From the NCBI GenBank assembly GCA_963716255.1, contig OY970303.1, forward strand, positions 7,712,001 to 7,776,000: 64,000 nucleotides of DNA, in the 5' to 3' direction. Shown here piece by piece: positions 1 to 10,455 of the stretch. The notes under the pieces were generated by a model. It did not search any database and was not told where the DNA came from. It saw nothing but the letters and a program-made list of their open reading frames with translations. This DNA is from an uncultured Gemmatimonadales bacterium. GTDB lineage: Bacteria > Gemmatimonadota > Gemmatimonadetes > Longimicrobiales > Longimicrobiaceae. A program made the position numbers and the translations under genes. The stretch's first letter is position 1. The number at the start of each line of letters is the position of its first letter.

Positions 1-597
1 GCGGTGGTCGCGCCGGTCACCGGCGAGGTGAGCGCCCGCACGGTGCAGCCCGGCGAGGCCGTCACCTCGGGGACCACGCTCTTCACCGTGGTCAACTCGC
101 GCATCCTGGAGCTGCGCGGGCAGGTGCCGGTGGACCAGGCCGCGCAGGTGCGGACAGGGCAGCCGGTGGTGTTCACCCTGGACGCGTACCCCGGGCGCGA
201 GTTCCGCGGCACCGTGTCGCGGGTGGACCCCGTGGCGGACCCCGCCACGCGGCAGGTGGGTGTGGCCATGCAGCTGGCCAACGACGACCGCACGCTCATC
301 GGCGGGCTCTTCGCGACGGGGCAGGTGCTCACCGGGGCGCAGCGGCAGGTGGTCACCGTCCCCGCGGCGGCGGTGCGGGGGACGGGGGCGAACACCTTCG
401 TCCTGGTGGTGGACGGGGGCGCGGTGAAGCGCCGCCCCGTACGCGCCGGCGAGCGCGACGCGTCGACCGGCGCGGTGGCGGTGCTCTCGGGGCTGAACGG
501 AGGCGAGAAGGTGATCGTGTCCCCGGGCGAGGTGGCCGAGGGGACGCCGGTCCGCCTGCAGGCGCAGGCGGCGGACAGCGCGGGCGCGAGGAGGTAG
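1..597 (+). CDS. RND efflux periplasmic adaptor (membrane fusion protein), 5'-truncated by window edge
   Basis: APVTGEV...VQPGEAV lipoyl-like half and G.VSRVDPVADPATR motif; stop lies 1 nt before the RND permease start. Confidence 0.9.
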   Translation, partial: AVVAPVTGEVSARTVQPGEAVTSGTTLFTVVNSRILELRGQVPVDQAAQVRTGQPVVFTLDAYPGREFRGTVSRVDPVADPATRQVGVAMQLANDDRTLIGGLFATGQVLTGAQRQVVTVPAAAVRGTGANTFVLVVDGGAVKRRPVRAGERDASTGAVAVLSGLNGGEKVIVSPGEVAEGTPVRLQAQAADSAGARR

Positions 598-598
598 C

Positions 599-3500
599 AT
601 GGCGAGCGACAATCAGGACGGGTCCAGGCACGACCTGGACGCGCAGCAGGAAGAGCGCGCCCTGCAGGGCGGCGGGCTGAGCGGGGTCGCGATCCGCCGC
701 CCGGTGTTCACCACCATGGTGATGCTGGGGCTGATCGTGCTGGGGATCTTCGGCTTCCGGCGGCTGGCGATCGACCAGTTCCCGGACGTGGACATCCCCG
801 TGGTGACGGTGCAGACCGTCTACCCCGGCGCCTCGCCGGAAACCATCGAGCGCGAGGTGACGCGGCGGCTGGAAGAGTCCTTCAACACCGTGGAGGGAGT
901 GGACCGGATCACCTCCACCACGCTGGAGGGCGTGTCGCTGGTGGTGGTGGAGTTCGACCTGGGACGCGACACCGACCAGGCGTCGCAGGACATCCGCGCC
1001 AAGATCGACGCCGTGCGGCGCGAGCTGCCCACGGACATCGAGGCGCCGGTGGTGCAGAAGTTCGACCCGGCGGCGCAGCCCATCGTGTCGCTGGCGCTGT
1101 CGTCCAGGACGCTGGCGGTCCCCGAGCTGACCACGCTCGCCGACGAGACGGTGCGCCGCAAGCTGGAGGCGGTCTCCGGGGTGGGGCAGGTGCAGGTGGC
1201 CGGCGGGCTGGAGCGTGAGATCCGCGTCTTCATCCAGCCGGAGCGCATGCAGTCGCTGGGCGTGTCCGCGCAGGAGGTGATGGGCGCGCTGCAGCGGCAG
1301 AACCTGGAGGTCCCGGCGGGGCGCGTGGAGCGCGGCGCCGGCGAGCAGCTGGTGCGCGTGGTGGGCCGCATCACCGACCCGGCGCAGTTCGCCCAGGTGA
1401 TCGTCGCCACGCGCGGCGGGCAGCCGGTGCGGCTGGGGCAGGTGGCGCGGGTGGAGGACGCCACCGAGGAGGAGCGCTCGCTCGCCTTCGTCAGCGGGCA
1501 GCGGGCGGTGTCGCTGGACGTGCTCAAGGTGTCCGGCGCCAACACCGTGCAGGTGGCGGACGAGGTCAAGGAGGCGCTGGCGGAGCTCAAGGCAACGCTT
1601 CCCGCGGGCGCGCAGGTCATGGTGGTGCGCGACAACTCGGAGATGATCCGCCACTCGGTGGAGGACGTGATCTTCGAGCTGATCCTGGGCGCGCTGCTCA
1701 CCGTGGTGGTGGTGATGCTCTTCCTGAACGACTGGAAGGCGACCGCCATCACCTCGCTGGCGCTCCCGGTGTCGGTGATCTCGTCGTTCGTGCTGATGAG
1801 CGCGCTGGGCTTCACGCTCAACGTGCTGACGCTGATGGGGCTGTCGCTGTCCATCGGCATCCTCATCGACGACGCCATCGTGGTGATCGAGAACATCGTC
1901 CGCCACCGCGAGATGGGCGAGGACCACTTCACCGCGGCGAACCACGGCACCACCGAGATCTTTCTGGCGGTGATGGCGACGACGCTGGCGATCGTGGCGG
2001 TGTTCGTCCCCGTGGCCTTCATGGGCGGCATCATCGGCCGCTTCTTCTACCAGTTCGGCATGACGGTGGCGTTCGCGGTGCTGGTGTCGCTGTTCGTGTC
2101 CTTCACCCTCACCCCCATGCTCTCGGCGTGGTGGGGGGTGGACCCGCACGACCCGTCGCACGGCGGCGGCAACCCGCTCACCCGCGGCATCGCCGGCTTC
2201 AACCGCTGGTTCGACCGGCAGGCGGACCGCTACCGCGGCATCATCCAGTGGGCGCTGGGGCACCGCAAGAGCACGCTGGGGCTGGCGCTCGCCTCGCTGA
2301 TCGGGGCGTTCATGCTGTTCCCGCTCATCGGCGGCGGGTTCATGCCCGAGCAGGACGAGGGCGCCTTCGCGGTGACCTTCGAGACGCCCGAGGGCTCCAG
2401 CCTGGGCTACACCCGCGGCAAGGCCGAGCAGATCGACGCGGCGCTGCGGCAGGTTCCCGGGGTGGAGTTCACCTACACCACCGTGGGCGCCGGCGTCACC
2501 GGCACGGTGACCGCGGGGAACGTGTACGTGGACCTGGTTCCCGTCGCCGAGCGGGAGCGCTCGCAGACGGAAACCATGGAGCTGGCGCGCGCAAAGCTGG
2601 CGCCGATCTTCGGGGTGCGCAGCTCGGTGCTGGTGGCCGGCGGGCTGGGCGGCCCGCAGAAGCCGCTTCAGGTGAACCTGCGCGGGCCGGACGTGGCGGA
2701 GCTGCAGCGCCTCTCGGCGCAGGTGGCGGCCGCGGTGGCGAAGGTGCCCGGCGTGGTGGACGTGGAAACGTCGCTGGGCGAGCCGCGCCCGGAGTACCGC
2801 ATCGCGGTGAACCGCGACCTGGCCAACGAGCTTGGGCTGGACATCGGCCAGGTGTCGGCCACGGTGCGCCCACTCCTGGCGGGGCAGACGGCCACCACCT
2901 GGGAGGACCCCACGGGCGAGGAGCGCGACGTGGTGGTGCAGGTGGCCCCGGAGCAGCGCACCAGCCTGCAGAGCCTGACCTCGCTCCCCATCGCCACCTC
3001 CACCCGCTCGGAGGCGGGGGTGGGGGGGACGGTGCCGCTGGGGCAGATCGCGCGCATCGAGGAGGGCGTGGCCCCCGCGCAGATCGAGCGGCAGAACCTG
3101 GAGCGCGTCGCCACGGTGGCGGCCAGCAACACGGCCGAGACCTCGGTGGGCGAGGCGTCCACCGCCATCCGCGAGGCCATCGCGGGGGTGAAGATGCCGG
3201 CCGGCTACAGCGTGACGCTGGGCGGCGAGACGGAGCAGCTGGAGGAGACCATGGGCTACGTGCTGGAGTCCATCCTCCTGGCCATCATCCTCATCTTCCT
3301 GATCCTGGCCAGCCAGTTCGAGAGCTTCACGCAGCCGTTCGCCATCATGCTGTCGCTCCCGCTGTCGCTGATCGGCGTGCTGCTGGCGCTGCTGCTGACC
3401 GACGACACGCTCAACATGATGAGCATGATCGGGGTCATCATGCTGATGGGGCTGGTGACCAAGAACGCGATCCTGCTGGTGGACAACGCCAACGAGCGGC

Positions 3501-3841
3501 GCTCGCTGGGCGCCGACCGCTGGACGGCGCTGGTGGAGGCCGGGCGGGTCCGCCTGCGCCCCATCATCATGACCACGGCGGCGATGATCTTCGGCATGCT
3601 CCCCATCGCCATCGGCATGGGCGAGGGTGGAGGGTTCCGCGCCCCCATGGCGCGGGCGGTGATCGGCGGGCTGATCACCTCCACGCTGCTGACGCTGATC
3701 GTGGTGCCGGTGGCCTACACCTACTTCGACGACTTCGGCGCCTGGGTGAAGCGGAAGCTGGTTAGCCGCGGGCGCGAGGAGGAGATCGAGAGGGAGCGCA
3801 AGGTTGCCGGGCTCAAGCCGGAGCCCGTCTGGGGCGACTGA
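599..3841 (+). CDS. RND efflux permease (AcrB/AcrD/AcrF family)
   Basis: 1080 aa; IRRPVFT, GILIDDAIVVIENI, GLVTKNAILLVD and RLRPIIMTT motifs; two sets of TM helices. Confidence 0.95.
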   Translation: MASDNQDGSRHDLDAQQEERALQGGGLSGVAIRRPVFTTMVMLGLIVLGIFGFRRLAIDQFPDVDIPVVTVQTVYPGASPETIEREVTRRLEESFNTVEGVDRITSTTLEGVSLVVVEFDLGRDTDQASQDIRAKIDAVRRELPTDIEAPVVQKFDPAAQPIVSLALSSRTLAVPELTTLADETVRRKLEAVSGVGQVQVAGGLEREIRVFIQPERMQSLGVSAQEVMGALQRQNLEVPAGRVERGAGEQLVRVVGRITDPAQFAQVIVATRGGQPVRLGQVARVEDATEEERSLAFVSGQRAVSLDVLKVSGANTVQVADEVKEALAELKATLPAGAQVMVVRDNSEMIRHSVEDVIFELILGALLTVVVVMLFLNDWKATAITSLALPVSVISSFVLMSALGFTLNVLTLMGLSLSIGILIDDAIVVIENIVRHREMGEDHFTAANHGTTEIFLAVMATTLAIVAVFVPVAFMGGIIGRFFYQFGMTVAFAVLVSLFVSFTLTPMLSAWWGVDPHDPSHGGGNPLTRGIAGFNRWFDRQADRYRGIIQWALGHRKSTLGLALASLIGAFMLFPLIGGGFMPEQDEGAFAVTFETPEGSSLGYTRGKAEQIDAALRQVPGVEFTYTTVGAGVTGTVTAGNVYVDLVPVAERERSQTETMELARAKLAPIFGVRSSVLVAGGLGGPQKPLQVNLRGPDVAELQRLSAQVAAAVAKVPGVVDVETSLGEPRPEYRIAVNRDLANELGLDIGQVSATVRPLLAGQTATTWEDPTGEERDVVVQVAPEQRTSLQSLTSLPIATSTRSEAGVGGTVPLGQIARIEEGVAPAQIERQNLERVATVAASNTAETSVGEASTAIREAIAGVKMPAGYSVTLGGETEQLEETMGYVLESILLAIILIFLILASQFESFTQPFAIMLSLPLSLIGVLLALLLTDDTLNMMSMIGVIMLMGLVTKNAILLVDNANERRSLGADRWTALVEAGRVRLRPIIMTTAAMIFGMLPIAIGMGEGGGFRAPMARAVIGGLITSTLLTLIVVPVAYTYFDDFGAWVKRKLVSRGREEEIERERKVAGLKPEPVWGD

Positions 3842-3929
3842 GCCGGACGGCCGGTTGGGATGGTGGGCGAGGGGCCGGTGCCGCGGGAGCGGCGCCGGCC
3901 CCTCGGCCGTTCAGGGCCGGCGACACCAA

Positions 3930-3990
3930 CTACGGGCAAACCCGTTGACAACGGTCCGGCCGCGGATTAATCTACGGGCAGACCCGTAGA
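3930..3990 (+). promoter_or_regulatory. sigma70-type promoter overlapped by two palindromic BlaI-type operators
   Basis: TTGACA 3945-3950, 17-bp spacer, TAATCT 3968-3973; operators CTACGGG-CAAA-CCCGTTG (3930-3947) and TCTACGGG-CAGA-CCCGTAGA (3971-3990, perfect 8-bp arms); RBS AAGGAG follows. Confidence 0.75.
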
Positions 3991-4003
3991 AAGGAGACGC
4001 CGG

Positions 4004-4390
4004 ATGTCCGACGAGACCCGCCTCACCGACCGCGAGCTGGACGCCATGAGCATCCTCTGGCTCCACGGCTCGGGCACCGTCGCCGAGGTGCGCGAGCGCC
4101 TGACCGACGAGCTGGCGTACACCACCGTGCTGTGGGTCATGCAGACGCTGGAGGAGAAAGGGTTCGTGCGCCACGAAAAGGAGGGGCGCGCCTTCCGCTA
4201 CTACCCCACCGTCCAGCAGGAGGAAGCGGGCGCGAGCGCGCTGGACCGCATCGTGGACAAGGTGTTCCACGGCTCCGCCGCGATGCTCCTGGCGCAGCTG
4301 GTCGGCGAGCGGAAGCTGCCGGCCGCGGAGCTGGAGCGCATGCGCGACCTGCTGGACCGCCGCCTGGCGGAGGAGGAGGAGGGCGCATGA
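4004..4390 (+). CDS. BlaI/MecI/CopY family transcriptional repressor
   Basis: LTDRELDAMSILW...LAYTTV...LEEKGFV...GRAFRY winged-helix signature; ATGA overlap with the M56 gene. Confidence 0.92.
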   Translation: MSDETRLTDRELDAMSILWLHGSGTVAEVRERLTDELAYTTVLWVMQTLEEKGFVRHEKEGRAFRYYPTVQQEEAGASALDRIVDKVFHGSAAMLLAQLVGERKLPAAELERMRDLLDRRLAEEEEGA

Positions 4391-5235
4391 GCGCGGCATG
4401 GATGCTCCAGGCGCTCCTGGCCGGAGCGCTGCTGGGCCTCGGCGCGCTCGCGGCGGAACGGGTGGCGGGGTGGCTCGGCCTGCCGCGGCGCCCGGTCTGG
4501 GCCGCGGCCATGCTGGGCTCGCTCCTGCTGCCGGCGCTTTCCCTGTGGGCCCCCGGGCTCCTCCCCGATCCCGGGATCTTCCCGGCCGCGACGCCCCCGG
4601 CCCCCGCGTTCGATGCCGGCCTTCTGCCGGTCGCCGCAGCCGGCTCGACTCCGGCCGGCGCAGCCGCGACGGTCGCTGCCGCGGCGTGGTGGACCGACCC
4701 GGCCGTCCTGCTCGGGCTGGGGTGGGCCGCGGCCTCGCTCGCGATGCTCGGCGTCGTGGCCTGGACGTACCGGCGGCTGCGGAGAGTGAGCGCGGCAGGG
4801 GCTCGCGTCGACCTCGACGGCGGCGAGGTGCGCGTCACGGAGCGTGTCGGGCCGGCGGTGGTCGGCCTCCTCCACCCCGCCGTCGTCGTCCCCCGCTGGG
4901 TCGTGGACGCGCCCGCGGAGGAGCGGCGCCTGGTCCTGCTGCACGAGCGCGAGCACGTCGCCGCGGGCGACGCGTGGCTGCTCTTCTGGGGCACGCTGGC
5001 GGCCGCGGCGATGCCGTGGAGCGTGCCGCTGTGGTGGCAGCACCGCCGCCTGCGCGCGGCGGTGGAGGCCGACTGCGACGCGCGGGTCCTCGCCCGCGGC
5101 GTGAGCCGGCGCGACTACGGGCAGGTCCTCATCCGCACCGCGGGCGCCGCCCCCGGGCTCCCCGTCCTGGGTCCCGCCTGGGGCGACACCACTTCACAAC
5201 TGGAACGGAGGATCAACGGAGGATCATCGCCATGA
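4387..5235 (+). CDS. M56 (BlaR1-like) membrane metallopeptidase, N-terminal part of a frameshift-split gene
   Basis: GPAVVG...P.VVVP, HEREH zinc motif, EADCDARVL, YGQVL, LERRI; the frame ends just after an 11-bp tandem duplication at 5204-5225. Confidence 0.85.
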   Translation: MSAAWMLQALLAGALLGLGALAAERVAGWLGLPRRPVWAAAMLGSLLLPALSLWAPGLLPDPGIFPAATPPAPAFDAGLLPVAAAGSTPAGAAATVAAAAWWTDPAVLLGLGWAAASLAMLGVVAWTYRRLRRVSAAGARVDLDGGEVRVTERVGPAVVGLLHPAVVVPRWVVDAPAEERRLVLLHEREHVAAGDAWLLFWGTLAAAAMPWSVPLWWQHRRLRAAVEADCDARVLARGVSRRDYGQVLIRTAGAAPGLPVLGPAWGDTTSQLERRINGGSSP

Positions 5236-6212
5236 CCGCGAAGCGCCCGTCGCATCCCCTGCTGCGCTCCGTCCCCCTGCTCGCGCTCGCGGCCGCCGTG
5301 GCGACCGCGGCCTGCGACGTGGCCGCCGGCGCGGAGGCCGAAGCCACGCTCACCGCCGAGCCCGCCTCCCTGCGCGTCGCGATGGAGGCCACCATCGGCG
5401 CCGCCGGAGCGGAGCCGGCCGCCGACACGCTGCCGCCCCTGCGGGCCCTTCCGCCCCTGCCGCCGCCGGCCCCGGTTGCACCCATGCCGCCGCTCCCCGC
5501 GGACGCACCGGACGCCCCGGAGGTCGTGGCCCCGCTGGCGCCTCTGCCTGCGTCGGCCCCGCCGGCGCTCACGGCCGCCTCGGCCCCGCCCGCCCCGCCT
5601 CCGCCGGCTCGCTTCATCCGGCCCACCCTCGTGGCTCCGCGGGCTCGTTCCATTCCGCCCGGTCCCGCGGCTCCGTCGGCTCGCTCCGTTCCGCCGGTCC
5701 TGGTGACTGCGCGCGCTCCCCGACCCCTGCCGGGCCGCGCGCCGGCGCCCACTCCTGGCCCCGCGCCCGCTCCGGTCCCCGCACCCGCGCCCGCTCCCGC
5801 GGCTTCCCCGGCCGCGCGGACCCGGGCGGCCGCACCGCTCATGGTCACGGACACCCTTCCCGCGTCCGGGTCCAGCAGGACGACGACGGTCGCGCGTACG
5901 ACCGGGCCGCGGCCGACGGCGAGCCTCGGCTGGGCTCCGCGGATGCCCCTGGCGGTGTCCGAGGCGTCGGGCCGGCTCCGTATGGTCGACTACCCGGTGG
6001 TGGCGGAATTGAAGCGCGGCGGCGGTGCGTGGCGGGCCGGGGTCCGCGACGGGGACGAGGTCCTCGCCGTGAACGGGCTGGACGCGCGGGAGCTGCCGGC
6101 CATCGCGGGCCTCGGCCGGCGGGAGCCCGGCACCCGGTACACCGTCCGCGTCCGCCGGGACGGCGTGGCGCGCGACCTCACCGCCGAGCTGGACCCGCCG
6201 CGCTCGCGCTGA
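5232..6212 (+). CDS. C-terminal part of the M56 sensor: TM/lipobox-like helix, Pro/Ala-rich linker, PDZ domain
   Basis: MTAKRP...LLALAAAVATAAC, long PA-rich tract, GAWRAGVRDGDEVLAVNG PDZ motif; in frame with the M56 ORF if the duplication is removed. Confidence 0.7.
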   Translation: MTAKRPSHPLLRSVPLLALAAAVATAACDVAAGAEAEATLTAEPASLRVAMEATIGAAGAEPAADTLPPLRALPPLPPPAPVAPMPPLPADAPDAPEVVAPLAPLPASAPPALTAASAPPAPPPPARFIRPTLVAPRARSIPPGPAAPSARSVPPVLVTARAPRPLPGRAPAPTPGPAPAPVPAPAPAPAASPAARTRAAAPLMVTDTLPASGSSRTTTVARTTGPRPTASLGWAPRMPLAVSEASGRLRMVDYPVVAELKRGGGAWRAGVRDGDEVLAVNGLDARELPAIAGLGRREPGTRYTVRVRRDGVARDLTAELDPPRSR

Positions 6213-6267
6213 CCGGACCCGTTCCGGCAGGGCAGGGAATGGGAAAGCACGGGGAGGCGCGGGGAAA

Positions 6268-6305
6268 CGAAGACCTCCGGCGGGCAGGCCCGCCGGAGGT
6301 CTTCG
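6268..6305. terminator. Long perfect hairpin between convergent genes (likely bidirectional terminator)
   Basis: CGAAGACCTCCGGCGGGC-AG-GCCCGCCGGAGGTCTTCG. Confidence 0.6.
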
Positions 6306-6335
6306 CGCGTACCGGCCGGACCGGAACGCCCCGCC

Positions 6336-8651
6336 TCAGGGCGTGAGCGGCGGCGCCACCTGCTCGCCGAAGGTGAAGCCGATGCGCCGCCCGCGCGGGC
6401 TCTCGCGCTTCAGCTGCTCCTGCAGCTCCTCGTACTCCCGCTCCATCTCCGGCGTCACCGAGGCGCGCGTCTCCTTGAGCGCCGCCTCGAACAGGCGCAT
6501 GGGCACCTCCGGCATCTCCAGGTCCTCGCGGATCGCCTGGAGCCCCGCGCGCCGAACCAGGTCCTCCAGGTCCGCGCCGGTGTAGCCGTGCGTGCGGTCC
6601 GCGAGCGACTCCAGCTCCACGTCCTCCGCCAGCGGCACCTCGGCGGTGTGGATGCGGAGGATGCGCAGCCGCCCGTCGCGCTCCGGCACCGGCACGTACA
6701 CCAGCTCGTCGAAGCGGCCGGGGCGCAGCAGCGCCGGGTCCAGCAGCGTGGGCCGGTTGGTGGCGCCGATCACCACCAGCCCCTGCAGCTCCTCCAGCCC
6801 GTCCATCTCCGCCAGGATGGTGTTGACCACCCGCTCCGTCACCGCCGGCTCGCCCATCCCGCCGCCGCGCTGCGGGGCCAGCGAGTCGATCTCGTCGATG
6901 AAGATCACGGTGGGCGCCACCTGGCGCGCCCGCTGGAAGAGCCGCGCCACCTGCTGCTCGCTCTCGCCGTACCACTTGGAAAGCAGGTCCGACGACCGGG
7001 TGGCGATGAAGTTGGCCTCCGCCTCGCGCGCCACCGCCTTCGCCAGCATGGTCTTTCCCGTTCCCGGCGGGCCGTACAGCAGGAAGCCCTTCGCCGGGCG
7101 GATGCCGATGCGGCGGAAGGCGTCCGGGTGCTTCAGCGGCAGCTCGATCCCCTCGCGCAGCGCCCGCTTGGCCTCCTCCAGCCCGCCCACGTCGTCCCAG
7201 GTCACGTTGGGCACCTGGATCATGATCTCCCGCATCGCCGAGGGCTGCACGCGCCGCTGGGCGTTGAGGAAGTCGTCGCGGGTGACGATCAGGTTGTCCA
7301 GGACCTCGGGCGGGATCTCCTTGCGGTCCAGGTCGATCTGCGGCAGGTAGCGGCGCAGCGCGTCGATGGCCGCCTCCCGCGCCAGCGCCGAGATGTCCGC
7401 GCCCACGTAGCCGTAGGTGGTGCGCGCCAGCTCGTCCAGGTCCACGTCCTCCGAGAGCGGCATGCCGCGCGTGTGGATGGCGAGCACCTCGCGCCGGCCC
7501 ACCGTGTCCGGCACCCCGATGACGATCTCGCGGTCGAAGCGGCCCGGCCGGCGCAGCGCCTCGTCGATGGCGTTGACGCGGTTGGTGGCGCCGATCACCA
7601 CCACGTTCTGGCGCTGCTCCAGCCCGTCCATCAGGGTCAGCAGCTGCGCCACGATGCGGCGCTCCACCTCGCCCGTGACCTCCTCGCGCTTGGGGGCGAT
7701 GGAGTCGATCTCGTCGATGAAGATGATGGAGGGCGCGTTCTGCTGCGCCTCCTGGAAGATCTCGCGCAGCCGCTGCTCCGACTCGCCGTAGTGCCGGCCC
7801 ATGATCTCCGGGCCGGCGATGTGGTAGAACTGCGCGTCCGCCTCGTTGGCGACCGCCTTGGCGAGGAGCGTCTTCCCGGTCCCCGGCGGCCCGTGCAGGA
7901 GCACCCCCTTGGGCGGGTCGATCCCCAGCCGCTGGAAGAGCTCCGGGTGCTTGAGCGGCAGCTCGATCATCTCCCGCACCTGCTCCACCGTGTTCCCCAG
8001 CCCGCCGATGTCGTCATAGGTGACGTCCGCGCGGCTCGGCTGCTCGGCCTCCACGAACTCGGGGAGCAGCTCGATCTCCGTTTCGGCCACCACCTGCACC
8101 ACGCCGCGCGGGCTGGTCCCCACCACGCGCAGGCGGATCTCCTGCAGGCCGTAGGCGCTCTGCTGGAGGAAGCTGCGGATGATCTCCTCCGGGTCCTGGC
8201 CGCCGCCGCCGTCGGTGGCGCGGCTGGGGGCGCCGCGCTGCACCGAGGTGGAGATCACGTCCCCGGCCACCACCGGCCGGCGGAACAGCGTGCGCCGGAG
8301 CGCGTCGCCCGAGCCCATCAGCCGCAGGTTCTTCTGCGCCGGGGCGATGGTGACGCGCCGCGCCGGCTTCAGGTCGGCGCGGCGCACCTCCACGTGGTCG
8401 CTGATCCCCACGTCCGCGTTGACCCGCTGCAGGCCGTCCAGGCGGACGATGTCCAGCCCGTCGTCCTCGGGGTACGGGGGGAGCGCGATCACCGCCGTGC
8501 TGCGCTTCCCGATCACCTCCATCACCTCGCCCTCCCGCATCCCCAGCGCCTGGAGGATCCTGTGCCCCACCCGGGCGCCGCCCGAGCCCACGTCCTGCGT
8601 CTTCGCGCCCGCGACCTGCGCCCTCAGGGTGCGCTGCTCGCTGTCTGCCAT
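6336..8651 (-). CDS. CDC48/VCP-family AAA+ ATPase (N-domain plus two AAA modules)
   Basis: Start taken at MADSEQR; two Walker A (GPPGTGKT) and Walker B (IFIDEIDS) sets, RPGRFD arginine fingers, VTYDDIGGL and VTWDDVGGL. Confidence 0.93.
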   Translation of the reverse strand: MADSEQRTLRAQVAGAKTQDVGSGGARVGHRILQALGMREGEVMEVIGKRSTAVIALPPYPEDDGLDIVRLDGLQRVNADVGISDHVEVRRADLKPARRVTIAPAQKNLRLMGSGDALRRTLFRRPVVAGDVISTSVQRGAPSRATDGGGGQDPEEIIRSFLQQSAYGLQEIRLRVVGTSPRGVVQVVAETEIELLPEFVEAEQPSRADVTYDDIGGLGNTVEQVREMIELPLKHPELFQRLGIDPPKGVLLHGPPGTGKTLLAKAVANEADAQFYHIAGPEIMGRHYGESEQRLREIFQEAQQNAPSIIFIDEIDSIAPKREEVTGEVERRIVAQLLTLMDGLEQRQNVVVIGATNRVNAIDEALRRPGRFDREIVIGVPDTVGRREVLAIHTRGMPLSEDVDLDELARTTYGYVGADISALAREAAIDALRRYLPQIDLDRKEIPPEVLDNLIVTRDDFLNAQRRVQPSAMREIMIQVPNVTWDDVGGLEEAKRALREGIELPLKHPDAFRRIGIRPAKGFLLYGPPGTGKTMLAKAVAREAEANFIATRSSDLLSKWYGESEQQVARLFQRARQVAPTVIFIDEIDSLAPQRGGGMGEPAVTERVVNTILAEMDGLEELQGLVVIGATNRPTLLDPALLRPGRFDELVYVPVPERDGRLRILRIHTAEVPLAEDVELESLADRTHGYTGADLEDLVRRAGLQAIREDLEMPEVPMRLFEAALKETRASVTPEMEREYEELQEQLKRESPRGRRIGFTFGEQVAPPLTP

Positions 8652-8883
8652 TCCGTCCGTTTCCTGTTCGGTTTGCGCGACCGTCCCGGTCCCTTCCGGC
8701 CGCGCAGACGAGCAAGATCCATGCGTAACCCGGGGTATGCATCCTGCGGCCCCGCGCGGAGCGCGCGTCGCCCTGGGGGCCTGCAACCCTGGCGGCGCTC
8801 GCGGTTATCTATAGCGGATGCATGGCGGGGCGCCGCGCGCGGCGGGGCGGCCCCGGGTCCACGGGCTGCGGGCGAGGAGCGAA

Positions 8884-9984
<1,101 letters not shown>

Positions 9985-10022
9985 GGAGCCAGGCCGGAAC
10001 GGACGGAAGGGGCAGGGGGGGC

Positions 10023-10065
10023 GGGCGTGCCCCCGGCTGGCGCCGGGGTCGGGCTTCGGCTCCGT
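10023..10065 (+). repeat. Partial (5' third) copy of the ~135-bp structured intergenic repeat
   Basis: GGGCGTGCCCCCGGCTGGCGCCGGGGTCGGGCTTCGGCTCCGT, identical to the start of the full copies. Confidence 0.85.
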
Positions 10066-10258
10066 GCCGGCGTCCGCCGTCGGCGGGCTGGCAAAAGCCG
10101 GCGATTTTTCAAGTGATTGCCTCACATGGACGGGCGAAGGTTCACGGCGTGAACCGAACACGTACTAAAAGGACCGATCTGGTTAATTCCTTTTTCCATG
10201 CCTATGTTGGGCATACTACACACCGCTTCCGGTGCCCAACCCCGCCCAGGAGATACCC

Positions 10259-10432
10259 ATGGACCGCATGCGCCTGCCTCTCGCCGCCCTCGCCCTCTTC
10301 CTCCTGGCGGCCTGCCAGTCCGCGGCGCCCACCGCACCCGTCGCTCCGCGGCAGCCGGGTGCATTCGCTGGTGGCGACTCCCTCTTTTCCGAGGCGGCCC
10401 GGGGGGGTACGCTGATCGGCTCCGGGACCTGA
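10259..10432 (+). CDS. Small secreted lipobox propeptide 1 (57 aa), C-terminal tail R-GGTLIGSGT
   Basis: RBS AGGAGA; MDRMRLPLAALALFLLAAC signal/lipobox; paralogue at 12199 keeps frame and ends. Confidence 0.8.
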   Translation: MDRMRLPLAALALFLLAACQSAAPTAPVAPRQPGAFAGGDSLFSEAARGGTLIGSGT

Positions 10433-10455
10433 GCTGAACGGGCGCGGGCCGGGGA

